From: an uncultured Trueperaceae bacterium
GTDB taxonomy: Bacteria > Deinococcota > Deinococci > Deinococcales > Trueperaceae
Length of the DNA stretch: 64,000 bases
Assembly: GCA_963815215.1 (NCBI GenBank)
Contig: CAWFFU010000008.1
Location: 128,001 to 192,000, forward strand
Direction of reading: 5' to 3'
This document shows, piece after piece, positions 53,326-63,397 of the stretch (positions are counted from its first letter, which is position 1; each line of letters begins with the position of its first letter). A model generated the notes under the pieces. The model was given only the letters and a program-made list of their open reading frames with translations. It had not been told where the DNA came from and did no database searches. Made by a program: the position numbers and the translations under genes.

Positions 53326-53483
53326 GCCGAATGAAGCTATTATGAGAGCAAGAATCTGCGTTCCGTATCGCAGAAATCGACTTTGTGAAGTGGAGCACTC
53401 ATGCTCACCTCATGAGAGAGAGCGAGTTGCGTCCGGGACGGCGCCCTCGAAGATGAGGAAGTCGAGAGGGTAGGATGCCGGAC

Positions 53484-54425
53484 ATGGCGCGTATCTTCGT
53501 TCCGGAAGCCGAAACCCTGCTGGACAAGGCGTTCCCCGTCCTCGACCATGGCTTCGTGCGGCTCGTCGACTACCTCGGTGGCGACGCGCGCATCGTCCAG
53601 GCTGCCCGGGTGTCCTACGGCGAGGGCACCAAGACGGTCCGCGAGGACCGCGCGCTGATCGACTACCTGCTTCGCAACCGCCACACCAGCCCCTTCGAGC
53701 AGGTGATCCTGACCTTCCACGTCAAGATGCCGATCTTCGTCGCGCGCCAGTGGATCCGCCACCGCACCGCCAGGCTCAACGAGATCAGCGGGCGCTACTC
53801 CGTGATGCGCGACGAGTTCTACGTTCCACGGCCGGACGAGGTCCGCTTCCAGAGCCGCGACAACCGCCAGGGAGGCAGCGAGGACGAGGTCCCCGGCGAG
53901 CTGCGCGAGCGCGTGATCGACGCCCTCCGCCGCGATCAGTCCGCTACCTACGGACGCTACGAGGACCTGCTGGAGGACGGCATCGCGCGCGAACTGGCGC
54001 GCATCAACCTGCCACTGAGCCTGTACACCGAGATGTACTGGCAGATCGACCTCAACAACCTCTTCCACTTCCTGCGGCTGCGCATGGACTGGCATGCCCA
54101 GTACGAGATCCGCGCCTACGGCGACGCCATGGCCACCATGGTGCGCGCCGTCGCCCCCCTGGCCTACGAAGCCTTCGAGGAGCACGTCCTCGGCGCCCAC
54201 ACCTTCTCCGCCGGCGAGCTGCGGGTCCTGCGCCGGGCGATCGACCGGGACGCGCTGGCAACCGCGTTGGAAGCCAGCGACCTGCGCAAGACGCGGCGCC
54301 GCGAGCTCCTCGACAAGCTGACGACGCCGAATCCGAGCGAGGCGTCCGCAGTGGCGCCCGATTCGCGCCCCGTCATGACGCCAGACGTGACGCCCGATAC
54401 GGCACCCGACCCCTCCGACGCCTGA
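53484..54425 (+). CDS. thyX: FAD-dependent thymidylate synthase
   Basis: AARVSY, HTSPFEQ, PIFVARQWIRHRTARLNEISGRY, RELAR..LP and HAQYEIR motifs. Confidence 0.96.
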   Translation: MARIFVPEAETLLDKAFPVLDHGFVRLVDYLGGDARIVQAARVSYGEGTKTVREDRALIDYLLRNRHTSPFEQVILTFHVKMPIFVARQWIRHRTARLNEISGRYSVMRDEFYVPRPDEVRFQSRDNRQGGSEDEVPGELRERVIDALRRDQSATYGRYEDLLEDGIARELARINLPLSLYTEMYWQIDLNNLFHFLRLRMDWHAQYEIRAYGDAMATMVRAVAPLAYEAFEEHVLGAHTFSAGELRVLRRAIDRDALATALEASDLRKTRRRELLDKLTTPNPSEASAVAPDSRPVMTPDVTPDTAPDPSDA

Positions 54426-54437
54426 TCCGGCCGAGCC

Positions 54438-54896
54438 GTGCGCTTCCGCCTGATCGCCGTCGGCCGCCTCAAGCGCGGCTTCTACCAGACCGGCTGCCAG
54501 CACTACCAGGACCGGCTGCGGCCGCTCAGCCGTATCGAGATCGTCGAGCTCAAGGAGGGCCGGGGCGCCGACCCGGCCGCCATCCGCAACGCCGACAGCG
54601 GTGCACTGCTGGCGGCCGCGCAAGGACGTTCCGTCGCCGTCGACGAGCGTGGCCGCGTCCTCGACACACGCGCCCTGGCCGCGCACCTCGACGCCCTCGA
54701 GGTGCGCGGCATCAGCCAGCTCAGCCTGCTGGTCGGTGGCGCAGAGGGGCATGCGCCGTGGCTCCGCGAGCGCACGGACGAAGCCTGGAGCCTCTCACCG
54801 CTGACCCTCCCGCACGAGTTGGCGCGCCTGGTGTTGCTGGAACAGCTCTACCGCGTCGAGACCCTGCGCGCCGGCCACCCCTACCACCGGGGTTGA
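54438..54896 (+). CDS. rlmH: 23S rRNA pseudouridine-1915 N3-methyltransferase
   Basis: AVGRLK, DERG, GGAEG and SLSPLTLPHELARLVLLEQLYR...GHPYHR motifs. Confidence 0.95.
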   Translation: MRFRLIAVGRLKRGFYQTGCQHYQDRLRPLSRIEIVELKEGRGADPAAIRNADSGALLAAAQGRSVAVDERGRVLDTRALAAHLDALEVRGISQLSLLVGGAEGHAPWLRERTDEAWSLSPLTLPHELARLVLLEQLYRVETLRAGHPYHRG

Positions 54897-54924
54897 CGCC
54901 GGGCTTCGGCGCGGCGCGTCGGGC

Positions 54925-55617
54925 TCAGGCCTCGGGCCGCGGCGCGCCCTCGGCCTGCGCGCCGTCAGCGGCGCCGACGGTCCCCTCCACCATCGCGAAG
55001 AGGGTGAACAGGTCGCTGGCCAGCGCCTCGAGCGCTTCGAACGGGGCCGCCTCGGCGCCCTCGCACAGCGCCAGCATGTGCCTGCTGCCGACCACCAGCA
55101 CGGGGCTCACGCCCCGCCCCGCCAGCATGCGCTGCATCGTCCGTTGGACCGGCTTGCTGAGCCAGGCCCGGGCGGCTCGCTCGTCCCGCGCGAAGACGCT
55201 GACCTCGCCGTCGAAGTCGGGCACTTCGGGGAGCGCCAGCCGCCGACTCCCGGTGCGGCCCGCCTCGATCGATTCGAGAACCGGGTTGCGGCGCGCCTGC
55301 GCCCGCAGTGGGGCGGCGGCCAGCGGCGCCTGCGCGCGCAGCAGCACGCCGCTGGCGAGCGTCGTCACGGTGCCGGTCGGGCCGGTGCGCGCGCGCTCCT
55401 GGTCGAACAGGAAGAGCGTTGGCTGTCCCGGGCGGCGCAGCCCGTACAGCGGCGACAGGGCACTGTCGCCGAGGTCGAGCCACTCCCGAAGACGCGCCTC
55501 CTGCCGCTCGGCATCCGTCAGCTCGAGCCGCCGTGCGAAGTCACGCCAATGGTCGCGCCGCGAAGGGCTCCGTCGGCGGGCGCGGAAGAGCATGGCGCCA
55601 TTCAACCACAGCCCCAC
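54925..55617 (-). CDS. Hypothetical protein
   Basis: 230 aa ORF co-oriented with and downstream of the SufT-like gene; start uncertain. Confidence 0.68.
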   Translation of the reverse strand: MGLWLNGAMLFRARRRSPSRRDHWRDFARRLELTDAERQEARLREWLDLGDSALSPLYGLRRPGQPTLFLFDQERARTGPTGTVTTLASGVLLRAQAPLAAAPLRAQARRNPVLESIEAGRTGSRRLALPEVPDFDGEVSVFARDERAARAWLSKPVQRTMQRMLAGRGVSPVLVVGSRHMLALCEGAEAAPFEALEALASDLFTLFAMVEGTVGAADGAQAEGAPRPEA

Positions 55618-55647
55618 GTGCGGGCGTCTCCCGGTGAGGCCGGAGCC

Positions 55648-55980
55648 TCAGATGTTGAAGCCGAACATGCGCATCTGCTTCTTGCCGTCATCGGTCATCT
55701 TCTGCGGCGACCAGGGCGGCGACCACACGAAATCGACCGAGACCCGGCTCACGCCGTCGACCTTCATGACGGCGAGCTCGGCATCGGACTGGATGAGATC
55801 CTGCACCGGGCACCCCATGCTCGTCAGGGTCATGTCGATGTCGACGTGCCCCTCGTCGTCCACGTCGAGCTTATAGACCAGACCCAGGTCCACCACGTTC
55901 ACGGGGATCTCCGGGTCGCGCACGACCTTCAGCGCTTCGAGGATCTCCTCCTTCAACCGCTCCTTGTCGATGCCGCTCAT
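55648..55980 (-). CDS. Metal-sulfur cluster assembly factor (DUF59/SufT-like)
   Basis: V.DPEIPVNVVDLGLVY, MTLTSMGCP and VWSPPW motifs. Confidence 0.92.
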   Translation of the reverse strand: MSGIDKERLKEEILEALKVVRDPEIPVNVVDLGLVYKLDVDDEGHVDIDMTLTSMGCPVQDLIQSDAELAVMKVDGVSRVSVDFVWSPPWSPQKMTDDGKKQMRMFGFNI

Positions 55981-56022
55981 GAACCACAAACTAGCAGACG
56001 TCGACGGCAGAGCGCGTAGCGC

Positions 56023-56625
56023 TCACGCCTCCTCGTCCTCCGAGCCCGCGGGCCGGACCAGGCGCGCCAGCGCGTCCTCCGACTGGGCCACGTCGGCTGC
56101 CAGCTCATCGCGCACCCGCACGACCCGCTCGTGGAGGGCGTCGATCCGCTCCTTGCCGCGCGTCTCCATGGCTGTCATGCCGTCCTGAACGCCGGCCTCG
56201 AGCGCCTGGAGACGTTCGACCAGGTGGCTCTCCAGGGCCGTCGACGCGGCGCCGATACTGGCGTCCATCCCTTCCTTCAGGGCGTTCACCTGCGTCTTCA
56301 CGTCCGCGAGTGCGGCATCGAACCGCCCCTCCAGCCGACCCGCGGCCTCGAGTTCGCGCGCCTCCAGCTTGGACCGCACCGCGCGGAGCTGCCGGTCCAA
56401 CTGCGTCACCTGCCGCAACTGCGCCGCGCGATCCAGCAGGGCGGCCAGGAAGAACAGCACGGCCAGAGCCACGATCGTCAATAACAGCACCAGCGCGAGC
56501 GGTCCCTGCGGCGTCGCCACCAGCAGGGAGATGGGCACGGGCCGGGTCAGGGCGTCCCAGTTGAGCGCCGCCACCAGCGCCGCCAGCACCACGACGGCGG
56601 TCAGGAGGATGCCTCTGAATCGCAT
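56023..56625 (-). CDS. LapA-like membrane protein with long coiled coil
   Basis: Two TM with LNW...P..L..PL pattern, then a heptad-rich tail. Confidence 0.75.
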   Translation of the reverse strand: MRFRGILLTAVVVLAALVAALNWDALTRPVPISLLVATPQGPLALVLLLTIVALAVLFFLAALLDRAAQLRQVTQLDRQLRAVRSKLEARELEAAGRLEGRFDAALADVKTQVNALKEGMDASIGAASTALESHLVERLQALEAGVQDGMTAMETRGKERIDALHERVVRVRDELAADVAQSEDALARLVRPAGSEDEEA

Positions 56626-56720
56626 CGTGGTTCGACTCTACCAGGTCCGGTGCCACGCCTCGCACTCGGCTGGCACGGCACGCACACCGCGTCGGACGGC
56701 CCCGGCCCACGGCCGCCGCC

Positions 56721-57782
56721 TCACCATTCCGCGAACCGGTCGCGGTGCACCACCAGCGCCAGGCCCAGCGCCAGTAGCGTCGAGATGAGGCTGGTTCCGC
56801 CGTAGGACACCAGGGGCAGGGTGATGCCCGTGACCGGCGCGAGGCCCAGGGTGACGCCGACATTCACCAGCACCTGGAAGCTGATGAGCACCATCACCCC
56901 CATGATCACCAGTTTGTCGCGGTCCTTGGGGCAGTCGTTGGCCATCGCCACGAGCCGCCAGAAGAGCACGCCGTACAAGAGCAACAGCGTCACCGACGCC
57001 ACGAACCCACCTTCTTCGGCGAGCACCGGGAAGATGAAGTCGGTCTGGCGGAAGGGGATGAAGCCGAGCTGCGATTGCGTCCCCTGCTTGTAGCCCTTGC
57101 CGAACAGTCCGCCCGACCCCACCGCGATGGTGGACTGGATGACCTGGTAGCCGCTCCCCTGCGGGTCGGCCGAAGGGTTCAGGAACGACACCAGCCGGGC
57201 CCTCTGGTACGCGCCGAGGTGCGGCAGCACCACGGTGGGGACCGCCACCCCGATGAGCACCACGGCCACCGCCAGGTGCCGCCACGGGATGCCGCGCACC
57301 AGCATCATGCCGGCGCCGATGGCGGCGATCACCAGGGCCGTGCCGAGGTCGGGCTCGACCACCACCAGCGCCAGTGGCGGCAGCAGCAGCAGGATGGGCC
57401 GGGCGTAACTCAGAGGCCCTCGCAGCGGCCGCTCGTGCATCACCGCGGCCAACGCCAGGATCAGCGTGAGCTTGGCGAACTCCGAGGGCTGGAAGCCGGG
57501 CAACGGCCCGAGGTAGAGCCACGACTTGGCGCCGTTGACGGTCGTGCCGATAGCCGACACCGCTACCAGCAGCACCAGGCTGAGCAGGTAGAGGTAGGGC
57601 ATCAAGCCGGAGACCCGTCGCCAGCCCAGCCACAGCAGGCCTCCGGCCATGGCCAGGCCCACGACCAGGAACACCCCCTGGCGCAGCAGCTCGTGCGGAG
57701 GCGCGGCACTGCTCAACGTAGCCAGGCCTGCCGCCAGGAGCAGGACCACCACCGCGGGCAGACTGAGGTCGACGCGTGCCAA
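56721..57782 (-). CDS. rodA: SEDS family rod shape-determining protein
   Basis: GAKSW, FQPSEFAK, EPDLGT, YQ..R, GYQVIQS.IAVGSGG, TDFIF and TGITLPLVSYGG motifs. Confidence 0.92.
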   Translation of the reverse strand: MARVDLSLPAVVVLLLAAGLATLSSAAPPHELLRQGVFLVVGLAMAGGLLWLGWRRVSGLMPYLYLLSLVLLVAVSAIGTTVNGAKSWLYLGPLPGFQPSEFAKLTLILALAAVMHERPLRGPLSYARPILLLLPPLALVVVEPDLGTALVIAAIGAGMMLVRGIPWRHLAVAVVLIGVAVPTVVLPHLGAYQRARLVSFLNPSADPQGSGYQVIQSTIAVGSGGLFGKGYKQGTQSQLGFIPFRQTDFIFPVLAEEGGFVASVTLLLLYGVLFWRLVAMANDCPKDRDKLVIMGVMVLISFQVLVNVGVTLGLAPVTGITLPLVSYGGTSLISTLLALGLALVVHRDRFAEW

Positions 57783-58015
57783 CGCCTTCCCTCCCCTTCC
57801 TCGGCGAGAGCTTTCTCTCTCGCGCTCCACAGCGTACCAACCCGGCCTCCGCCAGCGCAGGGTAATGGCGTCACGGTCGCCCCGCGGAGAGCACCCTCGG
57901 GGAGGTCCGCGTCCACCCGCCCCCCACCGAGGCGCGGACGCCGGGAGGGAGCGCGCTGCGCCGACGTCGGGCGCGCGACCTCCCACCCCCGCCGGCGGCC
58001 GCATCCTACGGCTGG

Positions 58016-58762
58016 ATGAGGTGGCGATCCCCCGATGCCCTGTCCGCGTGTCGACGCCGGATAGCGGGGGCGGCGCGGCGCGGGCTGGAGCGCAGATCAC
58101 GTGCTGCCCGAAGGCGTGCGCTGGGGCGTGCGCTGGGCCGTGCGCTACTGGCGGTCGCCGTGACGGCCGGCACCGCGCTCGCGGCCCCCTCCGACGCCGC
58201 CGGGCAACGCGCGAAGCTGCCACCCGCTCCCGCTCGCTCCGGCGCGCCCCCGGCCCGGCTCCTCGACACCACCGCCATCACCTTCGAAGCGAGTGATCCG
58301 CTCGGCGGCTTCACCGGCCACGCTCCCGTGGCCGGCGCGACGCTGCAGGTCGACCCGGCGCGTCCCTCCACGGCGCGCGGGTCGCTCACGGTCCGGGCCG
58401 GCAGCATCACCACGGGCAACGTGTTGCGGGACCGCAACGCCGAGCGCGGCGTCTTCGAGGCCGACCGCTACCCGGTCGTCCGCTACGCCGTCACCGATGT
58501 CCAGGCCCACCCGGCCGACCTACCCGACGGCGGGACCAGCCGTGTGGTCGTGACCGGGGAGCTCACGATGCACGGAGCCACCCGCGAGGTCGTCGCGACG
58601 GGAACGGTGGCACGCCGCGGAGACCGACTCGAGGCGCACCTCCACCTCGACGTCCGGCTGACCGACTTCGGTATGGACCGGCCCCGCTTCCTCTTCATCC
58701 AGGTCGACGATCTGGTGAGGGTCACCGTCGACCTGGCGTTGCGCTCGGCGGTGACGCCCTGA
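58016..58762 (+). CDS. YceI family lipid-binding protein
   Basis: Signal-like segment; SITTGN..RD, F.ADRYP, GELTMHG.TR and DFGM motifs; start uncertain. Confidence 0.85.
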   Translation: MRWRSPDALSACRRRIAGAARRGLERRSRAARRRALGRALGRALLAVAVTAGTALAAPSDAAGQRAKLPPAPARSGAPPARLLDTTAITFEASDPLGGFTGHAPVAGATLQVDPARPSTARGSLTVRAGSITTGNVLRDRNAERGVFEADRYPVVRYAVTDVQAHPADLPDGGTSRVVVTGELTMHGATREVVATGTVARRGDRLEAHLHLDVRLTDFGMDRPRFLFIQVDDLVRVTVDLALRSAVTP

Positions 58763-58784
58763 CGCTCTCACGCCGAGGTCGGGT

Positions 58785-60515
58785 TCAGCGTCCTCGGTCG
58801 AAAGGACGCCGCAGGAATCCGGGGACGGGGGGCCGGCGGAAGGCGGGCAAGCCGCTCCATAGCAGCCACTCCGCCGCCAGCGCGAACAACGCCAGCGCCA
58901 GCAGCATCCATGCCAGCGAGCTAACGGGAGCCTCGCCCAGCAGCGGCCGCGGGCCGCGGCGCGCCGTCGTCGATCCGGCAGCTGGGGGACCGGGGAGACG
59001 CGACTCGGCGTCGCTGTCGAGGCTGGCCACCACCACGCCGCCGCCCGGCTCTTGGTAGATACCGGGCCGCAGGGCGTACGAGACGGCCGCGCCGTCCAGG
59101 GTGGTGCCCGGCGGCAGTGCCGCGCCAAGCCCCACGCTGGCGTCGCCCCGCACGAGTCGTACGTAGTTGGCGACCAGCGCCGGGAACGCAGAACGCAACA
59201 CCAGATCGCTCTGCGTCGGGTTGAAGGCGGCCTGCAGCACCTGGACGCCGTCGCGATCGCGGTACCTCAGGACCGGCTCCAGCTCTCCCGTGCTCGCCAG
59301 CGTCTGCCAGCCTTCGCCACTCGGCCACGCCGCGCGCTGGGGCCCGAGTCCCACCACCACATCCTGCAGGTCCACGAAGCGCATCAGCTCGGAGCCCCGA
59401 TCGAACTCACTCACCACCCGGTAGTCCGGCTTCGACGCGGCCGGGGCGAAGAGCAGGTAATTGCCCGGTTGCAGACCGGCTGCATCGGCGCGCGTGAGCA
59501 CGTGTAGGTCGGCGGGGACCTGCGCGGCACCGGCGCTCACCCGCACGCTCACGCCGGGCACCGCCGCCAGCGCCTTGATGACCGCCTCGTTGGCGTCCTG
59601 CACCACCGCGTTCACCTGGCGCGCGCCGGCGAAGGCCACGTCGTCGAGGGTGAGCGCGTCGCCCGCCGCGGAACCGGCCTCCACCCCCGCGGGCGGCGCG
59701 ATGGCGGCCCGGTAGACGCCCTGGACGTCGGCGAGCGGGAAGGTGATGCTGCCCGTACCCCCGGCCGGAACCAGCACCGGGCCGCTGGCTACGGCGGCGC
59801 CGTCGCGGCTGAGCGACAGCTGGACCTGCACCGGGCGCGGACTGTTCGACACGACCCCCACATAGGCCTGTTGGATGCCCAGATCGAAGGCGCTGATCCC
59901 CACGTTCACGCCGTCGCCGGCGACGTTGTGGTACGCGACCGAGGCGCCGCCTACCGCCGGCTGGTCGGTGAGCAACTCGATCTGGGCGCCCGGCTCGATC
60001 GCCTCGGCGAGGGCGACCGCCCGCTCCAGGTCGGCGCTTCGGTCGCCCACCTGGAGCTGCTGCAAGGCGCGCCGGACGGCCCCACGGTCGCCGGTCAACG
60101 GTTGCACGACACGGGCGTCCACGCCGGCGCGGACGATCGCCACGCGCCCCGCGCCCGCCAGCAGGCGCTCGGCCTGCGCCCTGGCCTTGTCGATGCGCAC
60201 ACCGTCGCTGTCGCGTGCTGCCATGCTGGCCGAGGCGTCGAGCACGAGGATGCGGTCGGGAGCCACGCCGCCGGCGATCTGGGGGCGCGCCAGCGCCAGG
60301 GCGGCGAGCGCCACGAACAGCAGCTGCGCCAGCAGCAACCAGGTCGGGGAGATCCGCTTGCGCCGCTCCGCTACCTGGCGCGCACGTTGCCACAGGAACA
60401 TGGCCGACACCTGGCGGCGGCGTCGTCGGGCGCGCACGAAGTGGAGCAGCACGACCAGCGGCAACGCCAGCAGCGCCCACAGGAACTGGGGGGCGGCGAA
60501 GCTCAACGCCACCAC
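58785..60515 (-). CDS. BatA-type N-terminal TM + VWA domain protein
   Basis: F..P..LWALL.LP..LLH, LALARP, MIDAS DASASM and C-terminal TM ending EW. Confidence 0.88.
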   Translation of the reverse strand: MVALSFAAPQFLWALLALPLVVLLHFVRARRRRRQVSAMFLWQRARQVAERRKRISPTWLLLAQLLFVALAALALARPQIAGGVAPDRILVLDASASMAARDSDGVRIDKARAQAERLLAGAGRVAIVRAGVDARVVQPLTGDRGAVRRALQQLQVGDRSADLERAVALAEAIEPGAQIELLTDQPAVGGASVAYHNVAGDGVNVGISAFDLGIQQAYVGVVSNSPRPVQVQLSLSRDGAAVASGPVLVPAGGTGSITFPLADVQGVYRAAIAPPAGVEAGSAAGDALTLDDVAFAGARQVNAVVQDANEAVIKALAAVPGVSVRVSAGAAQVPADLHVLTRADAAGLQPGNYLLFAPAASKPDYRVVSEFDRGSELMRFVDLQDVVVGLGPQRAAWPSGEGWQTLASTGELEPVLRYRDRDGVQVLQAAFNPTQSDLVLRSAFPALVANYVRLVRGDASVGLGAALPPGTTLDGAAVSYALRPGIYQEPGGGVVVASLDSDAESRLPGPPAAGSTTARRGPRPLLGEAPVSSLAWMLLALALFALAAEWLLWSGLPAFRRPPVPGFLRRPFDRGR

Positions 60516-60759
60516 CCTCCCCGTGCGGTGCCCGCTACCAGCTCAACCGCGCGAGCGCTGTCCATGTCCGACCAGTGTAGCGTCCGGCAGGGCCGCACAC
60601 GACGGCGCAGACCGACGCACGCGGGGCCGGTGGGCGACTTCGGTAGCGGAGCGACGCGACCGCCGCGGATCGTGGGGCAGCATGGGGACGGGTCGGCGGC
60701 CATGCCCGAGTCCACCGGGAGACCGCCGGCGCCCGCGAGGTTGCGGCGAAGGGAGCAGC

Positions 60760-61254
60760 ATGGGAGACACGGTCATGCAGGAGAGCGTCATCCGCGAGCA
60801 GCTCGAGGCCCTGGTGCGCGGGGAGGGCGCGCACGTGAGCGTCGACAGCGCACTGGAGGGTCTCCCCGAAGCGTTGCGCGGCCGGGTGCCCGCCGGCCTG
60901 CCCCACAGCGCCTGGCAGCTCCTGGAGCACATGCGCATCGCCCAGGAGGACCTTCTGCAGTACGCGCTCGACCCCGACTGGACATCGCCGACCTGGCCCG
61001 AAGGCTACTGGCCGCGCGACCCGGAGCCGGCGTCGAACGGGGCCTGGGAGCAGAGCGTGAGCGCCCTCCGGAGCGACCGCGAACTGGCGCTTACGCTGGT
61101 GCGCGAGGCCGGACGGGACCTGACCGCTCCCCTGGCGCACACGCCGGGGCACACGCTGCTCCGCCAGCTCATGCTGCTGGCCGACCACAACGCCTACCAC
61201 GGCGCCCAGCTCGTGGACGTCCGGCGTGCGCTCGGGGCGTGGCCGCCCGCCTGA
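60760..61254 (+). CDS. DinB family protein
   Basis: HSAWQLLEHMRIAQ, WPEGYWP and DHNAYH..Q motifs. Confidence 0.87.
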   Translation: MGDTVMQESVIREQLEALVRGEGAHVSVDSALEGLPEALRGRVPAGLPHSAWQLLEHMRIAQEDLLQYALDPDWTSPTWPEGYWPRDPEPASNGAWEQSVSALRSDRELALTLVREAGRDLTAPLAHTPGHTLLRQLMLLADHNAYHGAQLVDVRRALGAWPPA

Positions 61255-61310
61255 CCCGAACTGCCAGATCCGTTCAGCCGGATCCGTTCCGCCGGAACCA
61301 ACCCGCCGGA

Positions 61311-62960
61311 TCAGACCTGGAAGACCCCCAGCCGCAGCGGCGGCGGCTCGCTGTCCAGGGCGCACGCCTCCAGCGCCCGGATGAGCCGGTCGCGGAGCTC
61401 GAGTGGCGTCACGACCTCGTCGACCCACAGCCGGGAGGCCCCGTAGCGGATGTCGAGGGCGTGCTCGTAGCCTGCGCGCACACGCTCGTAGAGCTCGGCC
61501 AGGGTGTCCTCGTCCGCGCCGGCGCCCGAGCGCGCGAGTTGCGCCGCCTGGATGTCCAGGATGGTCTTCGCCGCCTGCTGGCCGCCCATGACGGCGTAGC
61601 GGGCGCTCGGTAGCGCGAACAGGAAGCGCGGTGCGTAGGCCTTGCCGCTCATGGCGTAGTGACCGGCGCCGTAGGAGCCCCCGAGGATGACGCTGAGACG
61701 CGGCACGACGCTGTTGCTCACCGCGTTGACCAGCTTGGCTCCGCGCCGGATGATGCCGTCCTGCTCGCTGTCGACGCCCACCATGAAACCGTTGACGTCG
61801 TGCACGAAGAGGATGGGGACACCCGCCTGGTTGCAGTTGAGCACGAAGCGCGCCGCCTTGTCGGCGGCCTCGGCGTAGATGACCCCGCCCACCTCGAGGC
61901 GGCCGCGGTTCTTCACCACTCGCTTCTGGTTCGCCACGATCCCGACCGGGAAGCCGCCCAGACGTGCGGTGCCGCACACCAGGGTGCGGCCGTAGCCTGC
62001 CTTGTACTCGTCGAACTCGGAGCCGTCGACGAGACGGGCGAGGATCTCGCGGGCCTCGTAGGGCTGGCTGCCGCCGTCGACCGGCAGCAGGCCCTCCAGG
62101 TCCTCGGCCTTCTCGACCGGATCGACGCTCCCTCTGCGGTCGCGCGCCCAGGCGGCCTCCGGGCGCGGCGCGTAACCGGCGGCGAGGCGCCGCAGACGCT
62201 CCAGGGCGTGCGCGTCGTCGGGTTCCAGGTAGTCCACCGTGCCCGACACCTCGGCGTGCATCACCGCGCCGCCCAGATCCTCGCTCGACACCGTCTGGCC
62301 GATGGCCGCCTTCACCAGCGCGGGCCCTGCCAGGTACAACCCGGAGCCCTCGGTCATGACCAGCGTGTCGCACATGACCGGCAGATAGGCGCCGCCCGCC
62401 ACGCAGTTGCCCATGATCGCCGCCATCTGCGGGATCCCCAGGGCGCTCATGCGCGCGTTGAGGTAGAAGACCCGCCCGAAGTCGTCCTGGTCGGGGAAGA
62501 TCTCGTCCTGCATGGGAAGGTAGACCCCGGCGGAGTCCACCAGATAGACGGTCGGGAGATGGTTCTCGAGCGCGATCGTCTGCGCCCGTATCACCTTCTT
62601 GGCGGTGATCGGGAAGAATGCGCCGGCCTTCACGGTAGCGTCGTTGGCGATGACCATCCAGGGGCGTCCGCCGATGCGGCCGATGCCGGTCACTACGCCT
62701 CCGGCCGGAGCGCCGCCCTCGTCCGTGTACATCTCCCAGCCCGCGAAGCTCATGAGCTCGTCGAACGGCGTTCCCCCGTCGAGCAGCTTCGTCACACGCT
62801 CGCGCGCGGTCAGGCGGCCCTTGTCGTGCTGGCGCTTGCGCGCCTTCCTCCCACCGCCCTCGGCGACCGTTGCGCGCTGCTCGAGCAACGTCGTGTTCGC
62901 CTCCCGCCAGTCCTTGCGGTTGGTCCGGTAGGGGGCCCTACGCCGCTCCTCCAGCGTCAC
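61311..62960 (-). CDS. Acyl-CoA carboxylase carboxyltransferase (methylcrotonyl-CoA carboxylase beta-like)
   Basis: GRLTARER, ANDATVKAG, VDSAG..LP.Q, CVAGGAY, GFMVG and GSYGAG motifs. Confidence 0.92.
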   Translation of the reverse strand: MTLEERRRAPYRTNRKDWREANTTLLEQRATVAEGGGRKARKRQHDKGRLTARERVTKLLDGGTPFDELMSFAGWEMYTDEGGAPAGGVVTGIGRIGGRPWMVIANDATVKAGAFFPITAKKVIRAQTIALENHLPTVYLVDSAGVYLPMQDEIFPDQDDFGRVFYLNARMSALGIPQMAAIMGNCVAGGAYLPVMCDTLVMTEGSGLYLAGPALVKAAIGQTVSSEDLGGAVMHAEVSGTVDYLEPDDAHALERLRRLAAGYAPRPEAAWARDRRGSVDPVEKAEDLEGLLPVDGGSQPYEAREILARLVDGSEFDEYKAGYGRTLVCGTARLGGFPVGIVANQKRVVKNRGRLEVGGVIYAEAADKAARFVLNCNQAGVPILFVHDVNGFMVGVDSEQDGIIRRGAKLVNAVSNSVVPRLSVILGGSYGAGHYAMSGKAYAPRFLFALPSARYAVMGGQQAAKTILDIQAAQLARSGAGADEDTLAELYERVRAGYEHALDIRYGASRLWVDEVVTPLELRDRLIRALEACALDSEPPPLRLGVFQV

Positions 62961-63000
62961 CTTCGTGGCGATGCGGTGGGCCGAGCGCCGAACGGGCACG

Positions 63001-63309
63001 CTAGCGGGCGTGGGTCGCCAGGACCACCAGCAGGCCGCCGCCCGCGTTCTCCAGGTGGTGGCGAGTTCCAGCGGGCACACTGACGAGCTTGCCGGTGCCG
63101 ACCCGGTCGCTGCCACCGTCGCGACGCAGGAGCACCTCACCCTCCAGGACCTGGTAGAGGCAGTTGGTGCCGAAGCTGTGGTCCTCGTCGCGCTGGCCGG
63201 CTTCGAAGCAATGCAGCTTCACGCTGAGGTCTCCTTCGGCTACCAGCTCCCGACTCTGGACGGTTTCGAGCGAGAAGCTGCGGGCTTCGGCGATGCTCAC
63301 GATGTTCAC
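63001..63309 (-). CDS. Small cupin-fold protein
   Basis: CFEAGQ...H...YQVLEG...VPAGTRHHLEN; GGAGG SD before the GTG. Confidence 0.82.
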   Translation of the reverse strand: MNIVSIAEARSFSLETVQSRELVAEGDLSVKLHCFEAGQRDEDHSFGTNCLYQVLEGEVLLRRDGGSDRVGTGKLVSVPAGTRHHLENAGGGLLVVLATHAR

Positions 63310-63397
63310 GGTGCTAGACCTCCCTTGGGTCCCTGCGCCCGGCCCGCGCCCCCTGCGGTGCCGGAGTTGCGCCCTGATCGACGACCATTGTGCGATT

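Noticed and set aside
50097..53470. Lower-GC stretch as a horizontally acquired island
   Set aside because: Explained by the Asn/Thr/Tyr-rich, highly expressed SlpA and its AT-richer promoter region; no mobility genes or flanking repeats
58785..60515. VWA gene as part of a MoxR-DUF58-VWA chaperone system
   Set aside because: No MoxR or DUF58 gene is adjacent in this window, so the system cannot be supported here
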